30,993 bases of DNA from an uncultured Methanosarcinales archaeon. GTDB lineage: Archaea; Nanobdellota; Nanobdellia; Woesearchaeales; DATDXC01. Numbering within the stretch: the stretch's first letter is position 1; each line of letters begins with the position of its first letter. The position numbers and the translations under genes were made by a program. The stretch lies in NCBI GenBank assembly GCA_964510025.1, contig CAZDZV010000004.1, forward strand, positions 126,611-157,603, given 5' to 3'. Positions 8,025-16,542 of this stretch are shown in pieces. A model generated the notes under the pieces. It saw nothing but the letters and a program-made list of their open reading frames with translations, was not told where the DNA came from and searched no databases.

Positions 8025-9272
8025 ATGCAAGTTTTTAGACAAAGCCAAAGGCTGCAGGATTATCTTCAAGAAAAAGCAGATCAGATAGCAAACAGAAAGC
8101 TGGCAGATCCTGACCTGGGGAATATCCTGTCCAAGGACGAGGTATATAGGGGAGCAGATTGTGTTAAAGTGCTCTCCCATCATGAATTTCCACCCAGGCC
8201 CAGACCAGATGAAGATACAATTACGGTCTATAGGGGTGATTTTGACGGGCTGGAGAAAAGAGGCATATACTCATTCTTCTATTCCCAATATGGCCTGTCC
8301 CTGGAAGGTACTCTGGCATGGCTTCAGCCAGATGACCTTAGGGTGCAGGATGACACATTTTTTCCTTCAGATAACCTAGAAAAGCTTATGCTTATGCATG
8401 CGATTCGTGGAGGCTACAGTCCATTCATATCATGCACGAATGACCGGCAACGTGCAGCAGCATTCCCACTAAACGGGCAGGGTGTTGTGTATGAGATAAG
8501 AGTTCCATCCTCTCTTGCTATTGTCAACTATGCCAATAAAGTGGATAGCTTTACAGAGATATTGATACCAGATATGGTATACCCTCCTGAACTGCGGGCC
8601 TTGCGCCCTGATGAACTGATGTTAGATGTTACTGCTAGGGCAATCCAGCCGCTAGTAACAGCATATCTAAGCTCTGATCCTGATCTGAGATCAGATATTG
8701 CAGAGCTAAAGGGAAGGCTGCATGGAGGCCTGCCTTCTGCAGCTGCCTTGCACAGATACGCGCCAAGAGCAGAATGGTTTAATCATGACCCCTATGGCCT
8801 TCACGGCATATCGCATGAAGCAAGAGTTTTGGTGTTTGCAGAATTGCTTGGAAGGTTGGGTAACTTAGACATGGAAGTATTAAGATGGGCAGCAGCTATC
8901 CACGATACACAGAGGCAGGGCGATAGTATTGATCCGGACCACGGAGCAAGAGCGTCACGGACAATAGCCCGGTATGTGACAGATACGAGAGTTGACAAAA
9001 ACACGCTAGCATACGTGATTAGGTGGCATTCACCAGAAGACCATGAGGCCCCTGAGATGACTCCAGAACTTGCTGCGTTCAAGGATGCTGGTACACTGGA
9101 CAGGCACAGGCTGAATGAGTTTATTCCGGAATACTTAAGGACAGATCAGTCAAGGCTTCTGATAAGGATTTCCAGAGCCCTGAATGACCTAAGTGCAGCA
9201 AGAATAAGCTTCGCAGAGGATCAGTTTGCCTCAGTCATGGCTGTTGCCAAATGCATGGGCCTTATCATATGA
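8025..9272 (+). CDS. Putative R-S-E-type ADP-ribosyltransferase fused to a C-terminal HD-domain phosphohydrolase
   Basis: ART part: TVYRGD (R70), LMHAIRG (H125), SPFISCT (S136), GVVYEI, FTEILIP (E178). HD part: HGISHEARV, AAAIHD, DPDHG, IRWH, KDAGTLDR. Confidence 0.75.
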   Translation: MQVFRQSQRLQDYLQEKADQIANRKLADPDLGNILSKDEVYRGADCVKVLSHHEFPPRPRPDEDTITVYRGDFDGLEKRGIYSFFYSQYGLSLEGTLAWLQPDDLRVQDDTFFPSDNLEKLMLMHAIRGGYSPFISCTNDRQRAAAFPLNGQGVVYEIRVPSSLAIVNYANKVDSFTEILIPDMVYPPELRALRPDELMLDVTARAIQPLVTAYLSSDPDLRSDIAELKGRLHGGLPSAAALHRYAPRAEWFNHDPYGLHGISHEARVLVFAELLGRLGNLDMEVLRWAAAIHDTQRQGDSIDPDHGARASRTIARYVTDTRVDKNTLAYVIRWHSPEDHEAPEMTPELAAFKDAGTLDRHRLNEFIPEYLRTDQSRLLIRISRALNDLSAARISFAEDQFASVMAVAKCMGLII

Positions 9273-10476
9273 TAAAAAATAGTATAACAGGAAGCATCAG
9301 GCAGCCCATGCTATGGCTTCTCTTGACACCTATCAAAGGAGCGATCATGCCAAGAGCAGAGCTTACCACCAGTATTGCAAAGCCTGCAAAATGAGAAAAA
9401 AATACAGATAGTGCAGCAATAAATACTATTATTCCCATGCACAGATATGTATAGTCGATCCTAGTTATTATTCTGGCAGCTATCTTGCTTATCTTCAGGG
9501 CGATATATGTAGCAGCTGAGCCAGCTATCACTGCAGAAGCTAAAAAGACTACAAGTTGGCTAAGGTTAACAGAGTTCATTAACTCTGAAACAACAACTAC
9601 AGCGCCGTTCCTTGCCTTATTAAGTGCATAAAATGTAGCCAGGCTGAAGGTGAAATTAACTGTGTTTATCCCACCGATTAGTATCATGAACGCGTGGTTT
9701 CCGATATCCCTTACTAGATTCATGCCGATGATAGATGCCTGTGCAGCTCCCAGGCCCGGAAACAGGCCTGTCAGGCTTCCAGAAAACACAGCAGCAGATA
9801 TTGCCTTGGCAGTTTCCTTCCTGCCTACTTTGATGGTCTCAGTTGTTTTCTGGCTTGGAATCCTAGATTTCTGATTGAGGGATATTATCAGGGTGCTTAT
9901 ACCGAACAATCCGCTGAGCATCGGAAACAAAGGCTGCTTTAGGTTAGGCCAGTTTAGCACAACCAAACCCAGTGTACCTGACAACAAGAAAACAAAAAGT
10001 GCCCAGAATTTGCTGGCTATCCCTTTTTCTATGATTATCATATAGATAACAACAACAGCCAATATATAGCCGATGTAGGGTTGGATGAGATTGTATATCT
10101 TAGCTAACAATGGTAGAAGCAAAGGTATAATTAGGATCGTGCCTATCAAGGCTATCAAAGAGCCGATAACCGTGAGCTTAACCGCTTCATAGCCTTTGCC
10201 TTCAAGCAAAAGCCTATGGCCAGGCAGCACACCCAAAGCCATGTCAGAATCCGGAGCGCCTAGGAATATGCTTGGGATCGAGTCCAAGAACGTATGGGTA
10301 ACAGCCATCGAAATGATGAAAACCCCAAGTACCAGCGGCGTGGTGAATCCAAGCATGAACCCGGATAGTGATAAGAGGATAAGGGAGATAAGATTAACAT
10401 GTATCCCAGGGATGAGGCCTGTAAAAATCCCTGCAATCAAGCCAGATACTATAGCCAGAAGAATCTCAACTATCAA
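9265..10476 (-). CDS. TctA-family (DUF112) membrane permease, archaeal type
   Basis: Multi-TM protein with GIFTGLIPGIHVN, IPSIFLGAP, VLPGHRLLLEGKG, LSGLFG and KRSHSMGCL motifs. Confidence 0.88.
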   Translation of the reverse strand: MIVEILLAIVSGLIAGIFTGLIPGIHVNLISLILLSLSGFMLGFTTPLVLGVFIISMAVTHTFLDSIPSIFLGAPDSDMALGVLPGHRLLLEGKGYEAVKLTVIGSLIALIGTILIIPLLLPLLAKIYNLIQPYIGYILAVVVIYMIIIEKGIASKFWALFVFLLSGTLGLVVLNWPNLKQPLFPMLSGLFGISTLIISLNQKSRIPSQKTTETIKVGRKETAKAISAAVFSGSLTGLFPGLGAAQASIIGMNLVRDIGNHAFMILIGGINTVNFTFSLATFYALNKARNGAVVVVSELMNSVNLSQLVVFLASAVIAGSAATYIALKISKIAARIITRIDYTYLCMGIIVFIAALSVFFSHFAGFAILVVSSALGMIAPLIGVKRSHSMGCLMLPVILFFII

Positions 10477-10823
10477 TCGACCACCCTTATCCTGTTTGCT
10501 ATTATTTCCATCTTTCCTTCATATTCATCTACCTCGCCTATTATCTCCACCTGTTTATCCAGCAGCATGTTCAGGCTGTGCTTGTCTTTAAAGGCGACTA
10601 CAGTTATTGAGGTGGGCTGGCTCAGCTCTAAGAAATATGCACTATCGCTCTCGTAGACATTATTGACGATCCCCATTAGCTTGACATGCTCTTCCAGGTT
10701 ATCCTTGTTTATCTTGTCAATAGCCTTTTCACTGACTTCCAGCCCAGATGAGGCAAAATACAGCAGCACGATGCCTACTATAGCAGCTACCAAGGCTATT
10801 TTCAACAGCGTTTTTTCTTTGAT
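10473..10823 (-). CDS. Membrane-anchored OB-fold protein
   Basis: N-terminal TM helix followed by an OB pattern (VKLMGIV...VEIIGEVDEYEGKMEIIANRI). ATGA-coupled to the TctA gene. Start uncertain: ATC 10823 or TTG 10805. Confidence 0.75.
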   Translation of the reverse strand: MKEKTLLKIALVAAIVGIVLLYFASSGLEVSEKAIDKINKDNLEEHVKLMGIVNNVYESDSAYFLELSQPTSITVVAFKDKHSLNMLLDKQVEIIGEVDEYEGKMEIIANRIRVVD

Positions 10824-10942
10824 TTTATCACTGGAATTATTTTAATAGTTAAAAATATTGTTTATTTTATCTGTATATAATATTTACTATAAGGTAGTCA
10901 AAAGAGAAAAATTTAAAAAAGAGTTCAAATTCAAAATTTGGT

Positions 10943-11470
10943 ATGCGACCTATAGCTCAGCTGCAGGATGTTCCACTTGGTGAGATGGTGCACTTCAGAG
11001 AGGAATGCAGACATTATAGTATAGTTGGTTTCCTCACCCAATACAATCCTGTATTTGTGTCAAGCAGTACATCTCAGAAAGGCCAAAGATTGCCTTCTGG
11101 ACTTTCCCATTTTGAGGTCTTAGCAAGACCGATGTCAGAAGACTGCTGCAACGTGCAGGTTGGAGACCTGATATACGTGAGAAAACCCGATTCATCGGTC
11201 TGCGGATATTATATCGGGTTGGCAGCAACCCGACAGGCAGATGTTGGCATCCCCAGCTATATGATATCACAGCTGGATGAGCTCATCCTGTCCATGGTTG
11301 ATCCCGCAAGTGCTCGTGGGATAAGAGATTATTTTAGGATAATGGATGCTGTTGGTCTGCCGTTTGACACCTTCACAGTAAGCCAGCAGGATGTCCAGGA
11401 TATAGCTGTAGTAAGGGCAGCCGATCCGATAAGGCCCGGCCTAAAAGCACTAATAGAGAGGGCGGCATAA
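10943..11470 (+). CDS. Hypothetical protein (175 aa ORFan)
   Basis: ATG ~23 nt after AAAAATTTAAAAA; fills the intergenic space; no motif recognised. Confidence 0.7.
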   Translation: MRPIAQLQDVPLGEMVHFREECRHYSIVGFLTQYNPVFVSSSTSQKGQRLPSGLSHFEVLARPMSEDCCNVQVGDLIYVRKPDSSVCGYYIGLAATRQADVGIPSYMISQLDELILSMVDPASARGIRDYFRIMDAVGLPFDTFTVSQQDVQDIAVVRAADPIRPGLKALIERAA

Positions 11471-11575
11471 TGTGGTTCCATACTAACTGGTTTGTTCCGC
11501 CAAGACAATTTCTGTACAATAGTGAGACTACTCATACCAGAACAAAGCTATTTGGTTTTAGTGGGGAGGAAAAGG

Positions 11576-11914
11576 CTAGGTAGTGAAATCTTCCAAGGCC
11601 TTTACTGCGAGTTGTATATACATCAGCCCTGGTCCACCGCACATCAGTGAGCAGACCAAACAGGCTTCCATAATCTCCTCCTTGGTTGCCCCGACTTCAA
11701 GCGCTTTTTTAACATGGAAAGCGATACACCATTTGCATTTAGCGCATATCGACAAAGCTATGCTTATAAGCTCCTTTGTCTTGTTAGATAATGCACCTTC
11801 TTTTTCCACATTGTCCATAAAACCGCTGAACGCTTTCATCAGATCAGGGTAATCCTTGCCAAGATGAGCCAGGCTTCTCTTGACTTCTCTCAGTGTTTCA
11901 TTCATATCTTCCAT
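11576..11914 (-). CDS. Carboxymuconolactone decarboxylase / AhpD-like protein
   Basis: GALSNKTKELISIALS, CKWCIAFH and GATKEEI motifs. ATG 11914 follows the RBS GAGGTGA. Confidence 0.92.
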   Translation of the reverse strand: MEDMNETLREVKRSLAHLGKDYPDLMKAFSGFMDNVEKEGALSNKTKELISIALSICAKCKWCIAFHVKKALEVGATKEEIMEACLVCSLMCGGPGLMYIQLAVKALEDFTT

Positions 11915-11928
11915 AACTTTCTCACCTC

Positions 11929-13062
11929 TCACCCGAACATAAGTAAATTTGGATTGATAAGAAGGACAAGGCCCAATAACAGCATTATGGCTCCCCCTAT
12001 GAGCTTTAGAATTCTGCCATGCTTTTCTGTCATCTTTTGACCTTTCATGAAATATGCAAAGATACCAATAACAGTAGCTAAAGGTATTATATAAAACAAG
12101 CAGTAAAGCATTATGTAGGCATAATAGCCAAGTCCTGCCAGGCCCTGCATTGATAATATTTTTGTATAGATCGCCGGGAACCCAGAGGTGCATGGAAGCT
12201 CTATAAGGCTCGCAAAACTAGCCAGGACCACAGTGCCAGCTGCAGTCAAGAATAATGATTCTTGCTTTACTACTGATCTCATTTTTTCAAACAGTTTTGG
12301 CTTGAATTTATCAGATATTGTCAGTGATAAGCCCTTCTTGAACCAGAAGAAATCCTTAACATTAATCAGTCCTGCTATAATCGCAATTATCGCTATCATT
12401 ATTCTTATTACCTCTATATAACCCAAATAGAGGAACAGATTAAGCCAAGCTGACATGAATAAAAAGTATATCAAATAGACCACCAGCAGGAAAATAGAAC
12501 CCACCACTATTATCTTTTTTCGGTTATGAACATGTATAAGCAATGCCAGAAGAAATGATAAAACCCACATTGTACAGGGGTTAAACCCATCTACTATCGC
12601 AATTAAAAAGGTAAATGGACCTAACGCAACGCTGTTTGCATCCACATTGCCTATAAAGGGTATTTTTAACTCTGAACTCTCATTAATCTTAGGGGGCTCT
12701 AAGCCAGCTTTGGTGCCAGGATCAGCGCACCCATTTTCGACACAGTCCCTGATTGCCTCTTCTATATCTTCTGCCATAAAATCTGCAAATCCTGTGAAAT
12801 ATTTGTCTCCGATAAAGGTCATTGGTACACCATATGGCTCTGTACCATACGCTTTACACATAGTCCTCCAAAGTTCAGCATTTTCGGAAATTTCGTATGA
12901 GTGTATATTTAAAGTCGGATAGTTGCTCTCGATCGAACTCAGAAAATCCCTTTCCTCAGCACAGTGTGGACAGGTTTTGGCAAAAAAAAGATATAAATCT
13001 ACATCTTCCTGCCCATATGCTAAAGGGGCCAACAACAGCATTAACAGCATGAGTTTCTTCAT
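11929..13062 (-). CDS. Thioredoxin/glutaredoxin domain fused to a CcdA/DsbD-like membrane electron transporter
   Basis: Signal peptide, CPHC and GVP cis-Pro loop, then a TM domain with DGFNPC and ELPCT cysteines. Confidence 0.88.
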   Translation of the reverse strand: MKKLMLLMLLLAPLAYGQEDVDLYLFFAKTCPHCAEERDFLSSIESNYPTLNIHSYEISENAELWRTMCKAYGTEPYGVPMTFIGDKYFTGFADFMAEDIEEAIRDCVENGCADPGTKAGLEPPKINESSELKIPFIGNVDANSVALGPFTFLIAIVDGFNPCTMWVLSFLLALLIHVHNRKKIIVVGSIFLLVVYLIYFLFMSAWLNLFLYLGYIEVIRIMIAIIAIIAGLINVKDFFWFKKGLSLTISDKFKPKLFEKMRSVVKQESLFLTAAGTVVLASFASLIELPCTSGFPAIYTKILSMQGLAGLGYYAYIMLYCLFYIIPLATVIGIFAYFMKGQKMTEKHGRILKLIGGAIMLLLGLVLLINPNLLMFG

Positions 13063-13088
13063 TTTATCATAAGCTTTATATATAACAT

Positions 13089-13132
13089 AAAATGAAACCA
13101 TATTTAAAGGTTTGTTTCAAAAAATGAAACCA
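13089..13132. promoter_or_regulatory. Putative operator in the divergent promoter
   Basis: Direct repeat AAAATGAAACCA at 13089-13100 and 13121-13132, plus an inverted copy GTTTCA at 13114-13119. Confidence 0.5.
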
Positions 13133-13627
13133 AGGAAATTAGATGAAAAAAAGATCTTTAGGGACATATTGCTTGCCATAACGGTATTGGCTGGCTTTAT
13201 TTTTGTAGTCTCTTTCAGTTCCCAGTACGTATCCAATGCGATAAATCAAGGCTTAGCCTGCTCCTGCATTGTGCCCATTCCAATAATGATATTATTGCTT
13301 TCGTCACTCGGAGTCTTTGTTGGCACATTGGTTTATTACCTTCTTTCTTCCAGATTTGTAAGAGAAAGAAAAGAGTACACAGAGGATATAATGTCCATAT
13401 TGAGGTTCTTGGACAATGATGAAAAATTGATTATTAAAGAATTGATAAAAGCACGGGGCAAGATAAATCAGTCTGAACTGGTAAAGAATACTCTACTAAA
13501 TAAGATCAAAGTCTCTAGGATGATAAAAATCCTTCAAAGTAAGCAGGTTTTGTTCAAAAAACAGCATGGGAAGCTGAATAAGATCTATCTCGCAGATGAT
13601 CTGCGCAGACTTATGATCAAGGACTAA
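13124..13627 (+). CDS. Membrane-bound winged-helix (MarR-like) transcriptional regulator
   Basis: Two TM helices flanking a CSC loop, then LDNDEKLIIKEL...INQSELV...KIKVSRMIKIL...GKLNKI wHTH. Confidence 0.82.
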   Translation: MKPRKLDEKKIFRDILLAITVLAGFIFVVSFSSQYVSNAINQGLACSCIVPIPIMILLLSSLGVFVGTLVYYLLSSRFVRERKEYTEDIMSILRFLDNDEKLIIKELIKARGKINQSELVKNTLLNKIKVSRMIKILQSKQVLFKKQHGKLNKIYLADDLRRLMIKD

Positions 13628-13998
13628 TGATGGCCATCCTCTTTCCTAATTCCATACCCCCTACCATCTCCTGGTTTACAGGCATCTTCTCCAGCTTCAA
13701 GATTGTTGTTTATAAACCTATCAATAGTCTGGTCTACACTGCCCCTGACACCTGTAACTAGCTTGATCCCATATTCATCAAAAAACTGTTTTGCCCTAAA
13801 ACCTGCTCCCCCTGCTATCACGCAGCTTACTCCCTTTTCGCTCAAAAATTTTGGCAGGAAACCAGTCCTGTGTCCGGGATTGCTTATAGTTTCCGTCTTC
13901 TTTAGTTTTTTTCCTTCAATCTCAGCTATTGTAAATTCCGGGCATCTTCCAAAATGCTCTGAAACCTGTCCGTTATCCGTAGATATTGCTATTTTCAT
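13624..13998 (-). CDS. NifB/NifX-family (COG1433) metal-cluster-binding protein
   Basis: MKIAIST, HFGRCPEF, NPGH and VIAGGAG motifs. Confidence 0.9.
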   Translation of the reverse strand: MKIAISTDNGQVSEHFGRCPEFTIAEIEGKKLKKTETISNPGHRTGFLPKFLSEKGVSCVIAGGAGFRAKQFFDEYGIKLVTGVRGSVDQTIDRFINNNLEAGEDACKPGDGRGYGIRKEDGHH

Positions 13999-14354
13999 TT
14001 CATACCTCCATGAAGGCCTGTTGTCGCTCCGGAAAGTTTTTTGAGCTTTCCATCCAAAAAGCTTTGCACTGCATCTTTGACATCACCTTCAGCCTGATAG
14101 ACATCTACGCCTAGCCGGCTTAATGTCATCATAGCATTAGGGCCGACATTGCCTGTTATAACTGCCTCCACCTTCTCGTTCCCTATGTTCTGCGCGGCCT
14201 GGATGCCAGCACCTCCGGCCTGCATTGCCGCCTTATTCTCTATTGTTTTCTCTTCTGTTATTTCCTTGCCTTCTATCTCAAGAATCCTGTATTCAGGACA
14301 CCTTCCAAACCTTGCATCGACCTTGTCTCCGCTTGCACTGATTGCTATTTTCAT
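13995..14354 (-). CDS. NifB/NifX-family (COG1433) protein
   Basis: MKIAISA, RFGRCP, GGAGIQAAQ and VITGNVGPNA motifs. ATG 14354 follows GGAGGTG. Confidence 0.9.
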   Translation of the reverse strand: MKIAISASGDKVDARFGRCPEYRILEIEGKEITEEKTIENKAAMQAGGAGIQAAQNIGNEKVEAVITGNVGPNAMMTLSRLGVDVYQAEGDVKDAVQSFLDGKLKKLSGATTGLHGGMK

Positions 14355-14355
14355 A

Positions 14356-15162
14356 TCATGCACCTCCTTTGCATATTATATCTCCTTCTTTAACACCTAG
14401 ATCACCTGCAATGACCGGGCATTTTGCCATCAGCAAAAAAAAGATATTTGAACTTGACCCACTTAGGCACTCATAGTTGGCCTGCCCCTTGCTGATCACC
14501 AGGTCAAATCCATTTATTGTCCTTTGATCCGGAAAGATGCTATCTACCTTCTTTATCTTAATATCCAGCTTATCCAAACCAGCAGTCCTTGCATCCTCCA
14601 TTACAGCATCGTTAATCACCGAAGCCCCGCGAACAAACAAAGTAATCTCAGCTTCGGTACTTGCCAATAATTTTTTTATGAATACCCCATCAAAAATGAT
14701 TTCTCCTGCGTTATCCGAAATGTAGGCCATTTTTTTTGCCTTCTTCATGATTTCTTTGAATTTCCTGAAATCATCAATAGCGAAATCTGAACTCAGCACC
14801 CTTTTGATTGTCTTTTCAACATCATATAGGTGGCTTATTGCAAAATCCATTATGTTTCCGGCTATAGCCAGTTTCATTATGCTTCGCAAATCGTCTTCAT
14901 ATTCCAAGCTGGCCAGGATTTGTTTGGCCTTTAGATTGTCCCTTTGCCTTATTTTTTTGTAAAAATCATGATTACCTGTACTTTTTTCAATGATATCATA
15001 TATCACCAATGCAAATTGGGGGGGAGATTTATTCAGGTCAATCGATGAGAGCTTCTTAATAATCTGCCTCATGATTTTCACCTGATTTTTTGTTTTCTGC
15101 AGCTTCATTATCCTAAGCGCTTGATTTAGGAAACATGGAATGCATTCAAGATGTGTTTTCAT
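14356..15162 (-). CDS. DUF89/ARMT1-like damage-control phosphatase
   Basis: ECIPCF, AIAGNIMDF, DNAGEIIFD, INDA, ISKGQANYECL and AKCPVIA motifs. Confidence 0.9.
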   Translation of the reverse strand: MKTHLECIPCFLNQALRIMKLQKTKNQVKIMRQIIKKLSSIDLNKSPPQFALVIYDIIEKSTGNHDFYKKIRQRDNLKAKQILASLEYEDDLRSIMKLAIAGNIMDFAISHLYDVEKTIKRVLSSDFAIDDFRKFKEIMKKAKKMAYISDNAGEIIFDGVFIKKLLASTEAEITLFVRGASVINDAVMEDARTAGLDKLDIKIKKVDSIFPDQRTINGFDLVISKGQANYECLSGSSSNIFFLLMAKCPVIAGDLGVKEGDIICKGGA

Positions 15163-15853
15163 AAAAATCAACCACCTTGCCTACGATAATATCAAATTCT
15201 CCTGGTCTATTGGCAACAAAAGGCTTGCCTATATCACCTGCTTCTGAAATGTACTTTTCAAGCTTGATCTTCCCAAGAAAATTCACATTGCTGGACAAGG
15301 CAAAATCTTCTACAGATCCTTCTCCAAACAAGCTTCCTGACATGTTTTCAATGAGCCCGATTATAGGAATTGATGCCTTCTTACAAAAGTCAATGGCTTT
15401 CCTTACATCATCGATAGCCACTTGCTGAGGGGCAGACACAACAATAGCACCTTTCTTATCCTTGATAAGTTGGGATACAGTGATATGCTCATCCCCGGTC
15501 CCTGGAGGAAGGTCAATGACCAGATAATCCAGCTCACCCCATTCAACATCTTCAATAAACTGCTTGATTGCATTGTGCTTCATCGGGCCTCGCCAGATAA
15601 CTGCATCCTGCTTTTCCATCAAAAAAGCCATAGACATCACTTTAATTTTGTTTATCTGGATTGGGATTATCTTCTCTGCTCCTTCCAGCTTCCTGTCCTC
15701 TAGGCCAAGCATCTTCGGCACGTTAGGCCCGTGAATATCGATGTCCAGCAGACCAACATCAAATCCTTTCTCAGAGAGTGCCCATGCTAAGTTCACAGCA
15801 ACAGTGGTCTTTCCAACCCCTCCTTTTCCGCTCATAACAAATATATTTTTCAT
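15146..15853 (-). CDS. mrp: Mrp/NBP35/ApbC-family ATPase lacking the CxxC motif
   Basis: SGKGGVGKTT, DIDIHGPNVP, IWRGPM, WGELDYLVIDLPPGTGD and ENMS motifs. Confidence 0.9.
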   Translation of the reverse strand: MKNIFVMSGKGGVGKTTVAVNLAWALSEKGFDVGLLDIDIHGPNVPKMLGLEDRKLEGAEKIIPIQINKIKVMSMAFLMEKQDAVIWRGPMKHNAIKQFIEDVEWGELDYLVIDLPPGTGDEHITVSQLIKDKKGAIVVSAPQQVAIDDVRKAIDFCKKASIPIIGLIENMSGSLFGEGSVEDFALSSNVNFLGKIKLEKYISEAGDIGKPFVANRPGEFDIIVGKVVDFYENTS

Positions 15854-16542
15854 TTTCTGCCTTGATCTACACGAGATATTTTTTCATTCTCAAGCATTAT
15901 ACACACTTTCGAGAGTGTTTGAATGCCATTTTTAAGGCATTTTTCAGTAAGCCCCTGGGATTCTGATCCGGGCTGAAACCAGATTTTCCTTATACCTAAC
16001 TTAATGGCCTGATCCACAATCTTCTCATTTATCTTCGGCGGAACAACCGTTATTACTACATCGGGCAATCTTGGAAGTTCTGACAAGCAGGGATAGCATT
16101 TATCTCCTTCAATAAGGTCTAATTTAGGATTAACAGCAAAAACGCGGCAACCGTTTGCTTTTAGGTCTAGAAATACCTTGTGCCCATATTTTTTGGGGTC
16201 CCTTGAGGCTCCCACGACGGCAAATATGTTGTGCTTATCCAAAAAATCATCCACGGTGCTTGAGATAGCAGGCTTTTTGGCTTTCTCCAAAGTAGTATTG
16301 CCCCATATAGGATCATTGCCGAACTGGGTGTACCACCACTTGCTGTAATCATGCCAGACATCTGACTTACCAAAATCATGCTTCATGATTTTCTCAAATG
16401 CTTCATTTATTTCCTTGATCTTATCATCTCCCACGCTACCTTTATCAGGATGCCATTTCTTAACCTGGCTGCGGTAGGCCCGCTTAACCTCTGTCTCTGT
16501 CGCATTTTCGGAGATGCCGAGCATCTTTTTGTATTTTTTCAC
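15850..16542 (-). CDS. J-domain (HPD) fused to a CoA-binding (YccU-like) domain
   Basis: LGISENAT...KRAYR...WHPDK...INEAF, then AVVGAS...VNPK...DVVITVVPP...WFQPG...CIM. Confidence 0.88.
   Translation of the reverse strand: MKKYKKMLGISENATETEVKRAYRSQVKKWHPDKGSVGDDKIKEINEAFEKIMKHDFGKSDVWHDYSKWWYTQFGNDPIWGNTTLEKAKKPAISSTVDDFLDKHNIFAVVGASRDPKKYGHKVFLDLKANGCRVFAVNPKLDLIEGDKCYPCLSELPRLPDVVITVVPPKINEKIVDQAIKLGIRKIWFQPGSESQGLTEKCLKNGIQTLSKVCIMLENEKISRVDQGRK

Noticed and set aside
11471..11575. Intergenic stretch checked for tRNA or sRNA
   Set aside because: No cloverleaf, T-loop or convincing stem was found.
11915..12193. N-terminal extension of the 205-aa ORF
   Set aside because: It overlaps the Trx-CcdA gene in another frame. 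The real AhpD-like start is 11914, which has an RBS.
13624..14354. NifB/NifX genes as evidence of nitrogen fixation
   Set aside because: No nifH/D/K is present in the window, and COG1433 proteins are common in non-diazotrophs.
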